Part shown: positions 23,166 through 37,200 of the stretch, in pieces
Numbering within the stretch: position 1 is the stretch's first letter
Layout: every line of letters starts with the position of its first letter
DNA from: Auanema rhodensis
Lineage: Eukaryota; Animalia; Nematoda
Assembly: GCA_964057225.1 (NCBI GenBank)
Contig: OZ059896.1
Span: 1,674,001 to 1,738,000 of the forward strand
Length of the DNA stretch: 64,000 nt
Reading direction: 5' to 3'
The notes under the pieces: model-generated
What the model was told of the DNA's origin: nothing
Seen by the model: only the letters and a program-made list of their open reading frames with translations
Database searches by the model: none
Position numbers and translations under genes: made by a program

Positions 23166-26100
23166 TCGATTTTCACCCTGAAGAATTAATTTTTTCGTTG
23201 AATAACATTGTCCATCGTTTTTGCCTTGAAAAAAGGAATCTAAAAACATCTACTTTTTGCTAAATTATTTTCAAATTTTTCGAAAAAATTTTTGTCAAAA
23301 TGTTTTTGGAAGCAATTTTGAGTGTACATGGAAACTCAACATACACTAATGCATCATTTTTCAAACGATCATAACTAATTTTTGTATTAAGCTTTTCTCA
23401 ATGAAGTTTAGTGCATTCGATGCGGATTTTTAAGCTGCGTAGATCTGTGTTATCAGATTTGCGCTAGCTTAAAAATGCACCGAGATATCAACTGATATAA
23501 GTTCACACTTATATCCTCGATTTTCACCCTGAAGAATTAATTTTTTAGTTGAATAACATTGTCTATCGTTTTTGCCTTGAAAAAAGGAATCTAAAAACAT
23601 CTACTTTTTGCTAAATTATTTTGAAATTTTTCGAAAAAATTTTTGTCAAAATGTTTTTGGAAGCAATTTTGAGTGTACATGGAAACTCAACATACACTAA
23701 TGCATCATTTTTCAAACGATCATAACTAATTTTTGTATTAAGCGTTTCTCAATGTAGTATAGTGCATTCGATGCGGATTTTTAAGCTGCGTCGATCTGTA
23801 CTATCAGATTTGCGCTAGCTTGAAAATGCACCGAGATATCAACTGATATAAGTTCACACTTATATCCTCGATTTTCACCCTGAAGAATTAATTTTTTCGT
23901 TGAATAACATTGTCCATCGTTTTTGCCTTGAAAAAAGGAATCTAAAAACATCTACTTTTTGCTAAATTATTTTCAAATTTTTCGAAAAAATTTTTGTCAA
24001 AATGTTTTTGGAAGCAATTTTGAGTGTACATGGAAACTCAACATACACTAATGCATCATTTTTCAAACGATCATAACTAATTTTTGTATTAAGCTTTTCT
24101 CAATGAAGTTTAGTGCATTCGATGCGGATTTTTAAGCTGCGTAGATCTGTGTTATCAGATTTGCGCTAGCTTAAAAATGCACCGAGATATCAACTGATAT
24201 AAGTTCACACTTATATCCTCGATTTTCACCCTGAAGAATTAATTTTTTCGTTGAATAACATTGTCTATCGTTTTTGCCTTGAAAAAAGGAATCTAAAAAC
24301 ATCTACTTTTTGCTAAATTATTTTCAAATTTTTCGAAAAAATTTTTGTCAAAATGTTTTTGGAAGCAATTTTGAGTGTACATGGAAACTCAACATACACT
24401 AATGCATCATTTTTCAAACGATCATAACTAATTTTTGTATTAAGCGTTTCTCAATGTAGTATAGTGCATTCGATGCGGATTTTTAAGCTGCGTCGATCTG
24501 TACTATCAGATGATTTGCGCTAGCTTGAAAATGCACCGAGATATCAACTGATATAAGTTCACACTTATATCCTCGATTTTCACCCTGAAGAATTAATTTT
24601 TTCGTTGAATAACATTGTCCATCGTTTTTGCCTTGAAAAAAGGAATCTAAAAACATCTACTTTTTGCTAAATTATTTTCAAATTTTTCGAAAAAATTTTT
24701 GTCAAAATGTTTTTGGAAGCAATTTTGAGTGTACATGGAAACTCAACATACACTAATGCATCATTTTTCAAACGATCATAACTAATTTTTGTATTAAGCT
24801 TTTCTCAATGAAGTTTAGTGCATTCGATGCGGATTTTTAAGCTGCGTCGATCTGTACTATCAGATTTGCGCTAGCTTGAAAATGCACCGAGATATCAACT
24901 GATATAAGTTCACACCTATATCCTCGATTTTCACCCTGAAGAATTAATTTTTTCGTTGAATAACATTGTCTATCGTTTTTGCCTTGAAAAAAGGAATCTA
25001 AAAACATCTACTTTTTGCTAAATTATTTTCAAATTTTTCGAAAAAATTTTTGTCAAAATGTTTTTGGAAGCAATTTTGAGTGTACATGGAAACTCAACAT
25101 ACACTAATGCATCATTTTTCAAACGATCATAACTAATTTTTGTATTAAGCGTTTCTCAATGTAGTATAGTGCATTCGATGCGGATTTTTAAGCTGCGTCG
25201 ATCTGTACTATCAGATTTGCGCTAGCTTGAAAATGCACCGAGATATCAACTGATATAAGTTCACACCTATATCCTCGATTTTCACCCTGAAGAATTAATT
25301 TTTTCGTTGAATAACATTGTCTATCGTTTTTGCCTTGAAAAAAGGAATCTAAAAACATCTACTTTTTGCTAAATTATTTTGAAATTTTTCGAAAAAATTT
25401 TTGTCAAAATGTTTTTGGAAGCAATTTTGAGTGTACATGGAAACTCAACATACACTAATGCATCATTTTTCAAACGATCATAACTAATTTTTGTATTAAG
25501 CGTTTCTCAATGTAGTATAGTGCATTCGATGCGGATTTTTAAGCTGCGTCGATCTGTACTATCAGATTTGCGCTAGCTTGAAAATGCACCGAGATATCAA
25601 CTGATATAAGTTCACACCTATATCCTCGATTTTCACCCTGAAGAATTAATTTTTTCGTTGAATAACATTGTCTATCGTTTTTGCCTTGAAAAAAGGAATC
25701 TAAAAACATCTACTTTTTGCTAAATTATTTTGAAATTTTTCGAAAAAATTTTTGTCAAAATGTTTTTGGAAGCAATTTTGAGTGTACATGGAAACTCAAC
25801 ATACACTAATGTATCATTTTTCAAACGATCATAACTAATTTTTGTATTAAGCGTTTCTCAATGTAGTATAGTGCATTCGATGCGGATTTTTAAGCTGCGT
25901 AGATCTGTACTATCAGATTTGCGCTAGCTTGAAAATGCACCGAGATATCAACTGATATAAGTTCACACCTATATCCTCGATTTTCACCCTGAAGAATTAA
26001 TTTTTTCGTTGAATAACATTGTCTATCGTTTTTGCCTTGAAAAAGGAATCTGAAAACATCTAATTTTTGCTAAATTATTTTGAAATTTTTCGAAAAAATT

Positions 26101-29100
26101 TTTGTCAAAATGTTTTTGGAAGCAATTTTGAGTGTACATGGAAACTCAACATACACTAATGCATCATTTTTCAAACGATCATAACTAATTTTTGTATTAA
26201 GCGTTTCTCAATGTAGTATAGTGCATTCGATGCGGATTTTTAAGCTGCGTCGATCTGTACTATCAGATTTGCGCTAGCTTGAAAATGCACCGAGATATCA
26301 ACTGATATAAGTTCACACTTATATCCTCGATTTTCACCCTGAAGAATTAATTTTTTCGTTGAATAACATTGTCCATCGTTTTTGCCTTGAAAAAAGGAAT
26401 CTAAAAACATCTACTTTTTGCTAAATTATTTTCAAATTTTTCGAAAAAATTTTTGTCAAAATGTTTTTGGAAGCAATTTTGAGTGTACATGGAAACTCAA
26501 CATACACTAATGCATCATTTTTCAAACGATCATAACTAATTTTTGTATTAAGCTTTTCTCAATGAAGTTTAGTGCATTCGATGCGGATTTTTAAGCTGCG
26601 TAGATCTGTGTTATCAGATTTGCGCTAGCTTAAAAATGCACCGAGATATCAACTGATATAAGTTCACACTTATATCCTCGATTTTCACCCTGAAGAATTA
26701 ATTTTTTAGTTGAATAACATTGTCTATCGTTTTTGCCTTGAAAAAAGGAATCTAAAAACATCTACTTTTTGCTAAATTATTTTGAAATTTTTCGAAAAAA
26801 TTTTTGTCAAAATGTTTTTGGAAGCAATTTTGAGTGTACATGGAAACTCAACATACACTAATGCATCATTTTTCAAACGATCATAACTAATTTTTGTATT
26901 AAGCGTTTCTCAATGTAGTATAGTGCATTCGATGCGGATTTTTAAGCTGCGTCGATCTGTACTATCAGATTTGCGCTAGCTTGAAAATGCACCGAGATAT
27001 CAACTGATATAAGTTCACACTTATATCCTCGATTTTCACCCTGAAGAATTAATTTTTTCGTTGAATAACATTGTCCATCGTTTTTGCCTTGAAAAAAGGA
27101 ATCTAAAAACATCTACTTTTTGCTAAATTATTTTCAAATTTTTCGAAAAAATTTTTGTCAAAATGTTTTTGGAAGCAATTTTGAGTGTACATGGAAACTC
27201 AACATACACTAATGCATCATTTTTCAAACGATCATAACTAATTTTTGTATTAAGCTTTTCTCAATGAAGTTTAGTGCATTCGATGCGGATTTTTAAGCTG
27301 CGTAGATCTGTGTTATCAGATTTGCGCTAGCTTAAAAATGCACCGAGATATCAACTGATATAAGTTCACACTTATATCCTCGATTTTCACCCTGAAGAAT
27401 TAATTTTTTCGTTGAATAACATTGTCTATCGTTTTTGCCTTGAAAAAAGGAATCTAAAAACATCTACTTTTTGCTAAATTATTTTCAAATTTTTCGAAAA
27501 AATTTTTGTCAAAATGTTTTTGGAAGCAATTTTGAGTGTACATGGAAACTCAACATACACTAATGCATCATTTTTCAAACGATCATAACTAATTTTTGTA
27601 TTAAGCGTTTCTCAATGTAGTATAGTGCATTCGATGCGGATTTTTAAGCTGCGTCGATCTGTACTATCAGATGATTTGCGCTAGCTTGAAAATGCACCGA
27701 GATATCAACTGATATAAGTTCACACTTATATCCTCGATTTTCACCCTGAAGAATTAATTTTTTCGTTGAATAACATTGTCCATCGTTTTTGCCTTGAAAA
27801 AAGGAATCTAAAAACATCTACTTTTTGCTAAATTATTTTCAAATTTTTCGAAAAAATTTTTGTCAAAATGTTTTTGGAAGCAATTTTGAGTGTACATGGA
27901 AACTCAACATACACTAATGCATCATTTTTCAAACGATCATAACTAATTTTTGTATTAAGCTTTTCTCAATGAAGTTTAGTGCATTCGATGCGGATTTTTA
28001 AGCTGCGTAGATCTGTGTTATCAGATTTGCGATAGCTTAAAAATGCACCGAGTTATCAACTGACATAAGTTCACACTTATATCCTCGATTTTCACCCTGA
28101 AGAATTAATTTTTTCGTTGAATAACATTGTCTATCGTTTTTGCCTTGAAAAAAGGAATCTAAAAACATCTACTTTTTGCTAAATTATTTTCAAATTTTTC
28201 GAAAAAATTTTTGTCAAAATGTTTTTGGAAGCAATTTTGAGTGTACATGGAAACTCAACATACACTAATGCATCATTTTTCAAACGATCATAACTAATTT
28301 TTGTATTAAGCGTTTCTCAATGTAGTATAGTGCATTCGATGCGGATTTTTAAGCTGCGTCGATCTGTACTATCAGATTTGCGCTAGCTTGAAAATGCACC
28401 GAGATATCAACTGATATAAGTTCACACCTATATCCTCGATTTTCACCCTGAAGAATTAATTTTTTCGTTGAATAACATTGTCTATCGTTTTTGCCTTGAA
28501 AAAAGGAATCTAAAAACATCTACTTTTTGCTAAATTATTTTGAAATTTTTCGAAAAAATTTTTGTCAAAATGTTTTTGGAAGCAATTTTGAGTGTACATG
28601 GAAACTCAACATACACTAATGCATCATTTTTCAAACGATCATAACTAATTTTTGTATTAAGCGTTTCTCAATGTAGTATAGTGCATTCGATGCGGATTTT
28701 TAAGCTGCGTCGATCTGTACTATCAGATTTGCGCTAGCTTGAAAATGCACCGAGATATCAACTGATATAAGTTCACACCTATATCCTCGATTTTCACCCT
28801 GAAGAATTAATTTTTTCGTTGAATAACATTGTCTATCGTTTTTGCCTTGAAAAAAGGAATCTAAAAACATCTACTTTTTGCTAAATTATTTTGAAATTTT
28901 TCGAAAAAATTTTTGTCAAAATGTTTTTGGAAGCAATTTTGAGTGTACATGGAAACTCAACATACACTAATGTATCATTTTTCAAACGATCATAACTAAT
29001 TTTTGTATTAAGCGTTTCTCAATGTAGTATAGTGCATTCGATGCGGATTTTTAAGCTGCGTAGATCTGTACTATCAGATTTGCGCTAGCTTGAAAATGCA

Positions 29101-30189
29101 CCGAGATATCAACTGATATAAGTTCACACCTATATCCTCGATTTTCACCCTGAAGAATTAATTTTTTCGTTGAATAACATTGTCTATCGTTTTTGCCTTG
29201 AAAAAGGAATCTGAAAACATCTAATTTTTGCTAAATTATTTTGAAATTTTTCGAAAAAATTTTTGTCAAAATGTTTTTGGAAGCAATTTTGAGTGTACAT
29301 GGAAACTCAACATACACTAATGCATCATTTTTCAAACGATCATAACTAATTTTTGTATTAAGCGTTTCTCAATGTAGTATAGTGCATTCGATGCGGATTT
29401 TTAAGCTGCGTCGATCTGTACTATCAGATTTGCGCTAGCTTGAAAATGCACCGAGATATCAACTGATATAAGTTCACACTTATATCCTCGATTTTCACCC
29501 TGAAGAATTAATTTTTTCGTTGAATAACATTGTCCATCGTTTTTGCCTTGAAAAAAGGAATCTAAAAACATCTACTTTTTGCTAAATTATTTTCAAATTT
29601 TTCGAAAAAATTTTTGTCAAAATGTTTTTGGAAGCAATTTTGAGTGTACATGGAAACTCAACATACACTAATGCATCATTTTTCAAACGATCATAACTAA
29701 TTTTTGTATTAAGCTTTTCTCAATGAAGTTTAGTGCATTCGATGCGGATTTTTAAGCTGCGTAGATCTGTGTTATCAGATTTGCGCTAGCTTAAAAATGC
29801 ACCGAGATATCAACTGATATAAGTTCACACTTATATCCTCGATTTTCACCCTGAAGAATTAATTTTTTAGTTGAATAACATTGTCTATCGTTTTTGCCTT
29901 GAAAAAAGGAATCTAAAAACATCTACTTTTTGCTAAATTATTTTGAAATTTTTCGAAAAAATTTTTGTCAAAATGTTTTTGGAAGCAATTTTGAGTGTAC
30001 ATGGAAACTCAACATACACTAATGCATCATTTTTCAAACGATCATAACTAATTTTTGTATTAAGCGTTTCTCAATGTAGTATAGTGCATTCGATGCGGAT
30101 TTTTAAGCTGCGTCGATCTGTACTATCAGATTTGCGCTAGCTTGAAAATGCACCGAGATATCAACTGATATAAGTTCACACTTATATCC
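23166..30189. repeat. 9-monomer (3161 bp) higher-order duplication marked by indels
   Basis: GAT duplication at 24509-24514 and 27670-27675, ATGTATC at 25812/28973, and CTGAAAACATCTAA with a 1-bp deletion at 26052/29213. All are 3161 bp apart (9x351+3-1). Boundaries are approximate. Confidence 0.82.
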
Positions 30190-31242
30190 TCGATTTTCAC
30201 CCTGAAGAATTAATTTTTTAGTTGAATAACATTGTCTATCGTTTTTGCCTTGAAAAAAGGAATCTAAAAACATCTACTTTTTGCTAAATTATTTTGAAAT
30301 TTTTCGAAAAAATTTTTGTCAAAATGTTTTTGGAAGCAATTTTGAGTGTACATGGAAACTCAACATACACTAATGCATCATTTTTCAAACGATCATAACT
30401 AATTTTTGTATTAAGCGTTTCTCAATGTAGTATAGTGCATTCGATGCGGATTTTTAAGCTGCGTCGATCTGTACTATCAGATTTGCGCTAGCTTGAAAAT
30501 GCACCGAGATATCAACTGATATAAGTTCACACTTATATCCTCGATTTTCACCCTGAAGAATTAATTTTTTCGTTGAATAACATTGTCCATCGTTTTTGCC
30601 TTGAAAAAAGGAATCTAAAAACATCTACTTTTTGCTAAATTATTTTCAAATTTTTCGAAAAAATTTTTGTCAAAATGTTTTTGGAAGCAATTTTGAGTGT
30701 ACATGGAAACTCAACATACACTAATGCATCATTTTTCAAACGATCATAACTAATTTTTGTATTAAGCGTTTCTCAATGTAGTATAGTGCATTCGATGCGG
30801 ATTTTTAAGCTGCGTCGATCTGTACTATCAGATTTGCGCTAGCTTGAAAATGCACCGAGATATCAACTGATATAAGTTCACACTTATATCCTCGATTTTC
30901 ACCCTGAAGAATTAATTTTTTCGTTGAATAACATTGTCCATCGTTTTTGCCTTGAAAAAAGGAATCTAAAAACATCTACTTTTTGCTAAATTATTTTCAA
31001 ATTTTTCGAAAAAATTTTTGTCAAAATGTTTTTGGAAGCAATTTTGAGTGTACATGGAAACTCAACATACACTAATGCATCATTTTTCAAACGATCATAA
31101 CTAATTTTTGTATTAAGCTTTTCTCAATGAAGTTTAGTGCATTCGATGCGGATTTTTAAGCTGCGTAGATCTGTGTTATCAGATTTGCGCTAGCTTAAAA
31201 ATGCACCGAGATATCAACTGATATAAGTTCACACTTATATCC

Positions 31243-34200
31243 TCGATTTTCACCCTGAAGAATTAATTTTTTCGTTGAATAACATTGTCTATCGTTTTTG
31301 CCTTGAAAAAAGGAATCTAAAAACATCTACTTTTTGCTAAATTATTTTCAAATTTTTCGAAAAAATTTTTGTCAAAATGTTTTTGGAAGCAATTTTGAGT
31401 GTACATGGAAACTCAACATACACTAATGCATCATTTTTCAAACGATCATAACTAATTTTTGTATTAAGCGTTTCTCAATGTAGTATAGTGCATTCGATGC
31501 GGATTTTTATGCTGCGTCGATCTGTGTTATCAGATTTGCGCTAGCTTAAAAATGCACCGAGATATCAACTGATATAAGTTCACACCTATATCCTCGATTT
31601 TCACCCTGAAGAAATAATTTTTTCGTTGAATAACATTGTCTATCGTTTTTGCCTTGAAAAAAGGAATCTAAAAACATCTACTTTTTGCTAAATTATTCTG
31701 AAATTTTTCGAAAAAATTTTTGTCAAAATGTTTTTGGAAGCAATTTTGAGTGTACATGGAAACTCAACATACACTAATGCATCATTTTTCAAACGATCAT
31801 AACTAATTTTTGTATTAAGCATTTCTCAATGTAGTATAGTGCATTCGATGCGGATTTTTAAGCTGCGTCGATCTGTACTATCAGATTTGCGCTAGCTTGA
31901 AAATGCACCGAGATATCAACTGATATAAGTTCACACTTATATCCTCGATTTTCACCCTGAAGAATTAATTTTTTCGTTGAATAACATTGTCCATCGTTTT
32001 TGCCTTGAAAAAAGGAATCTAAAAACATCTACTTTTTGCTAAATTATTTTCAAATTTTTCGAAAAAATTTTTGTCAAAATGTTTTTGGAAGCAATTTTGA
32101 GTGTACATGGAAACTCAACATACACTAATGCATCATTTTTCAAACGATCATAACTAATTTTTGTATTAAGCTTTTCTCAATGAAGTTTAGTGCATTCGAT
32201 GCGGATTTTTAAGCTGCGTAGATCTGTGTTATCAGATTTGCGCTAGCTTAAAAATGCACCGAGATATCAACTGATATAAGTTCACACTTATATCCTCGAT
32301 TTTCACCCTGAAGAATTAATTTTTTCGTTGAATAACATTGTCTATCGTTTTTGCCTTGAAAAAAGGAATCTAAAAACATCTACTTTTTGCTAAATTATTT
32401 TCAAATTTTTCGAAAAAATTTTTGTCAAAATGTTTTTGGAAGCAATTTTGAGTGTACATGGAAACTCAACATACACTAATGCATCATTTTTCAAACGATC
32501 ATAACTAATTTTTGTATTAAGCGTTTCTCAATGTAGTATAGTGCATTCGATGCGGATTTTTATGCTGCGTCGATCTGTGTTATCAGATTTGCGCTAGCTT
32601 AAAAATGCACCGAGATATCAACTGATATAAGTTCACACCTATATCCTCGATTTTCACCCTGAAGAAATAATTTTTTCGTTGAATAACATTGTCTATCGTT
32701 TTTGCCTTGAAAAAAGGAATCTAAAAACATCTACTTTTTGCTAAATTATTCTGAAATTTTTCGAAAAAATTTTTGTCAAAATGTTTTTGGAAGCAATTTT
32801 GAGTGTACATGGAAACTCAACATACACTAATGCATCATTTTTCAAACGATCATAACTAATTTTTGTATTAAGCATTTTTCAATGTAGTATAGTGCATTCG
32901 ATGCGGATTTTTAAGCTGCGTAGATCTGTGTTATCAGATTTGCGCTAGCTTAAAAATGCATCGAGATATCAACTGATATAAGTTCACACTTATATCCTCG
33001 ATTTTCACCCTGAAGAATTAATTTTTTCGTTGAATAACATTGTCTATCGTTTTTGCCTTGAAAAAAGGAATCTAAAAACATCTACTTTTTGCTAAATTAT
33101 TTTGAAATTTTTCGAAAAAATTTTTGTCAAAATGTTTTTGGAAGCAATTTTGAGTGTACATGGAAACTCAACATACACTAATGCATCATTTTTCAAACGA
33201 TCATAACTAATTTTTGTATTAAGCGTTTCTCAATGTAGTATAGTGCATTCGATGCGGATTTTTATGCTGCGTCGATCTGTGTTATCAGATTTGCGCTAGC
33301 TTAAAAATGCACCGAGATATCAACTGATATAAGTTCACACTTATATCCTCGATTTTCACCCTGAAGAATTAATTTTTTCGTTGAATAACATTGTCCATCG
33401 TTTTTGCCTTGAAAAAAGGAATCTAAAAACATCTACTTTTTGCTAAATTATTCTCAAATTTTTCGAAAAAATTTTTGTCAAAATGTTTTTGGAAGCAATT
33501 TTGAGTGTACATGGAAACTCAACATACACTAATGTATCATTTTTCAAACGATCATAACTAATTTTTGTATTAAGCGTTTCTCAATGTAGTATAGTGCATT
33601 CGATGCGGATTTTTAAGCTGCGTAGATCTGTACTATCAGATTTGCGCTAGCTTGAAAATGCACCGAGATATCAACTGATATAAGTTCACACTTATATCCT
33701 CGATTTTCACCCTGAAGAATTAATTTTTTCGTTGAATAACATTGTCCATCGTTTTTGCCTTGAAAAAAGGAATCTAAAAACATCTACTTTTTGCTAAATT
33801 ATTTTCAAATTTTTCGAAAAAATTTTTGTCAAAATGTTTTTGGAAGCAATTTTGAGTGTACATGGAAACTCAACATACACTAATGCATCATTTTTCAAAC
33901 GATCATAACTAATTTTTGTATTAAGCTTTTCTCAATGAAGTTTAGTGCATTCGATGCGGATTTTTAAGCTGCGTAGATCTGTGTTATCAGATTTGCGCTA
34001 GCTTAAAAATGCACCGAGATATCAACTGATATAAGTTCACACTTATATCCTCGATTTTCACCCTGAAGAATTAATTTTTTCGTTGAATAACATTGTCTAT
34101 CGTTTTTGCCTTGAAAAAAGGAATCTAAAAACATCTACTTTTTGCTAAATTATTTTCAAATTTTTCGAAAAAATTTTTGTCAAAATGTTTTTGGAAGCAA

Positions 34201-37200
34201 TTTTGAGTGTACATGGAAACTCAACATACACTAATGCATCATTTTTCAAACGATCATAACTAATTTTTGTATTAAGCGTTTCTCAATGTAGTATAGTGCA
34301 TTCGATGCGGATTTTTATGCTGCGTCGATCTGTGTTATCAGATTTGCGCTAGCTTAAAAATGCACCGAGATATCAACTGATATAAGTTCACACCTATATC
34401 CTCGATTTTCACCCTGAAGAAATAATTTTTTCGTTGAATAACATTGTCTATCGTTTTTGCCTTGAAAAAAGGAATCTAAAAACATCTACTTTTTGCTAAA
34501 TTATTCTGAAATTTTTCGAAAAAATTTTTGTCAAAATGTTTTTGGAAGCAATTTTGAGTGTACATGGAAACTCAACATACACTAATGCATCATTTTTCAA
34601 ACGATCATAACTAATTTTTGTATTAAGCGTTTCTCAATGTAGTATAGTGCATTCGATGCGGATTTTTAAGCTGCGTAGATCTGTGTTATCAGATTTGCGC
34701 TAGCTTAAAAATGCATCGAGATATCAACTGATATAAGTTCACACTTATATCCTCGATTTTCACCCTGAAGAATTAATTTTTTCGTTGAATAACATTGTCT
34801 ATCGTTTTTGCCTTGAAAAAAGGAATCTAAAAACATCTACTTTTTGCTAAATTATTTTGAAATTTTTCGAAAAAATTTTTGTCAAAATGTTTTTGGAAGC
34901 AATTTTGAGTGTACATGGAAACTCAACATACACTAATGCATCATTTTTCAAACGATCATAACTAATTTTTGTATTAAGCGTTTCTCAATGTAGTATAGTG
35001 CATTCGATGCGGATTTTTATGCTGCGTCGATCTGTGTTATCAGATTTGCGCTAGCTTAAAAATGCACCGAGATATCAACTGATATAAGTTCACACTTATA
35101 TCCTCGATTTTCACCCTGAAGAATTAATTTTTTCGTTGAATAACATTGTCCATCGTTTTTGCCTTGAAAAAAGGAATCTAAAAACATCTACTTTTTGCTA
35201 AATTATTCTCAAATTTTTCGAAAAAATTTTTGTCAAAATGTTTTTGGAAGCAATTTTGAGTGTACATGGAAACTCAACATACACTAATGCATCATTTTTC
35301 AAACGATCATAACTAATTTTTGTATTAAGCTTTTCTCAATGTAGTATAGTGCATTCGATGCGGATTTTTAAGCTGCGTCGATCTGTGTTATCAGATTTGC
35401 GCTAGCTTAAAAATGCACCGAGATATCAACTGATATAAGTTCACACTTATATCCTCGATTTTCACCCTGAAGAATTAATTTTTTCGTTGAATAACATTGT
35501 CCATCGTTTTTGCCTTGAAAAAAGGAATCTAAAAACATCTACTTTTTGCTAAATTATTTTGAAATTTTTCGAAAAAATTTTTGTCAAAATGTTTTTGGAA
35601 GCAATTTTGAGTGTACATGGAAACTCAACATACACTAATGCATCATTTTTCAAACGATCATAACTAATTTTTGTATTCAGCTTTTTTCAATGTAGTATAG
35701 TGCATTCGATGCGGATTTTTATGCTGCGTCGATCTGTGTTATCAGATTTGCGCTAGCTTAAAAATGCACCGAGATATCAACTGATATAAGTTCACACTTA
35801 TATCCTCGATTTTCACCCTGAAGAAATAATTTTTTCGTTGAATAACATTGTCCATCGTTTTTGCCTTGAAAAAAGGAATCTAAAAACATCTACTTTTTGC
35901 TAAATTATTTTGAAATTTTTCGAAAAAATTTTTGTCAAAATGTTTTTGGAAGCAATTTTGAGTGTACATGGAAACTCAACATACACTAATGCATCATTTT
36001 TCAAACGATCATAACTAATTTTTGTATTCAGCTTTTCTCAATGTTATATAGTGCATTCGATGCGGATTTTTAAGCTGCGTCGATCTGTACTATCAGATTT
36101 GCGCTAGCTTAAAAATGCACCGAGATATCAACTGATATAAGTTCACACTTATATCCTCGATTTTCACCCTGAAGAATTAATTTTTTCGTTGAATAACATT
36201 GTCTATCGTTTTTGCCTTGAAAAAAGGAATCTAAAAACATCTACTTTTTGCTAAATTATTTTCAAATTTTTCGAAAAAATTTTTGTCAAAATGTTTTTGG
36301 AAGCAATTTTGAGTGTACATGGAAACTCAACATACACTAATGCATCATTTTTCAAACGATCATAACTAATTTTTGTATTCAGCTTTTTTCAATGTAGTAT
36401 AGTGCATTCGATGCGGATTTTTATGCTGCGTCGATCTGTGTTATCAGATTTGCGCTAGCTTAAAAATGCACCGAGATATCAACTGATATAAGTTCACACT
36501 TATATCCTCGATTTTCACCCTGAAGAATTAATTTTTTCGTTGAATAACATTGTCCATCGTTTTTGCCTTGAAAAAAGGAATCTAAAAACATCTACTTTTT
36601 GCTAAATTATTCTCAAATTTTTCGAAAAAATTTTTGTCAAAATGTTTTTGGAAGCAATTTTGAGTGTACATGGAAACTCAACATACACTAATGCATCATT
36701 TTTCAAACGATCATAACTAATTTTTGTATTAAGCTTTTCTCAATGTAGTATAGTGCATTCGATGCGGATTTTTAAGCTGCGTCGATCTGTGTTATCAGAT
36801 TTGCGCTAGCTTAAAAATGCACCGAGATATCAACTGATATAAGTTCACACTTATATCCTCGATTTTCACCCTGAAGAATTAATTTTTTCGTTGAATAACA
36901 TTGTCCATCGTTTTTGCCTTGAAAAAAGGAATCTAAAAACATCTACTTTTTGCTAAATTATTTTGAAATTTTTCGAAAAAATTTTTGTCAAAATGTTTTT
37001 GGAAGCAATTTTGAGTGTACATGGAAACTCAACATACACTAATGCATCATTTTTCAAACGATCATAACTAATTTTTGTATTCAGCTTTTTTCAATGTAGT
37101 ATAGTGCATTCGATGCGGATTTTTATGCTGCGTCGATCTGTGTTATCAGATTTGCGCTAGCTTAAAAATGCACCGAGATATCAACTGATATAAGTTCACA

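Larger units (their letters stand above)
1..31242. repeat. Left sub-array: interspersed A and B monomer haplotypes
   Basis: A reads GCGTTTCTCAATGTAGTATAG..GTCGATCTGTACTAT..CTTGAAAA and B reads GCTTTTCTCAATGAAGTTTAG..GTAGATCTGTGTTAT..CTTAAAAA. Seven linked differences lie at offsets 228, 239, 243, 276, 284, 285 and 306. Confidence 0.9.
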
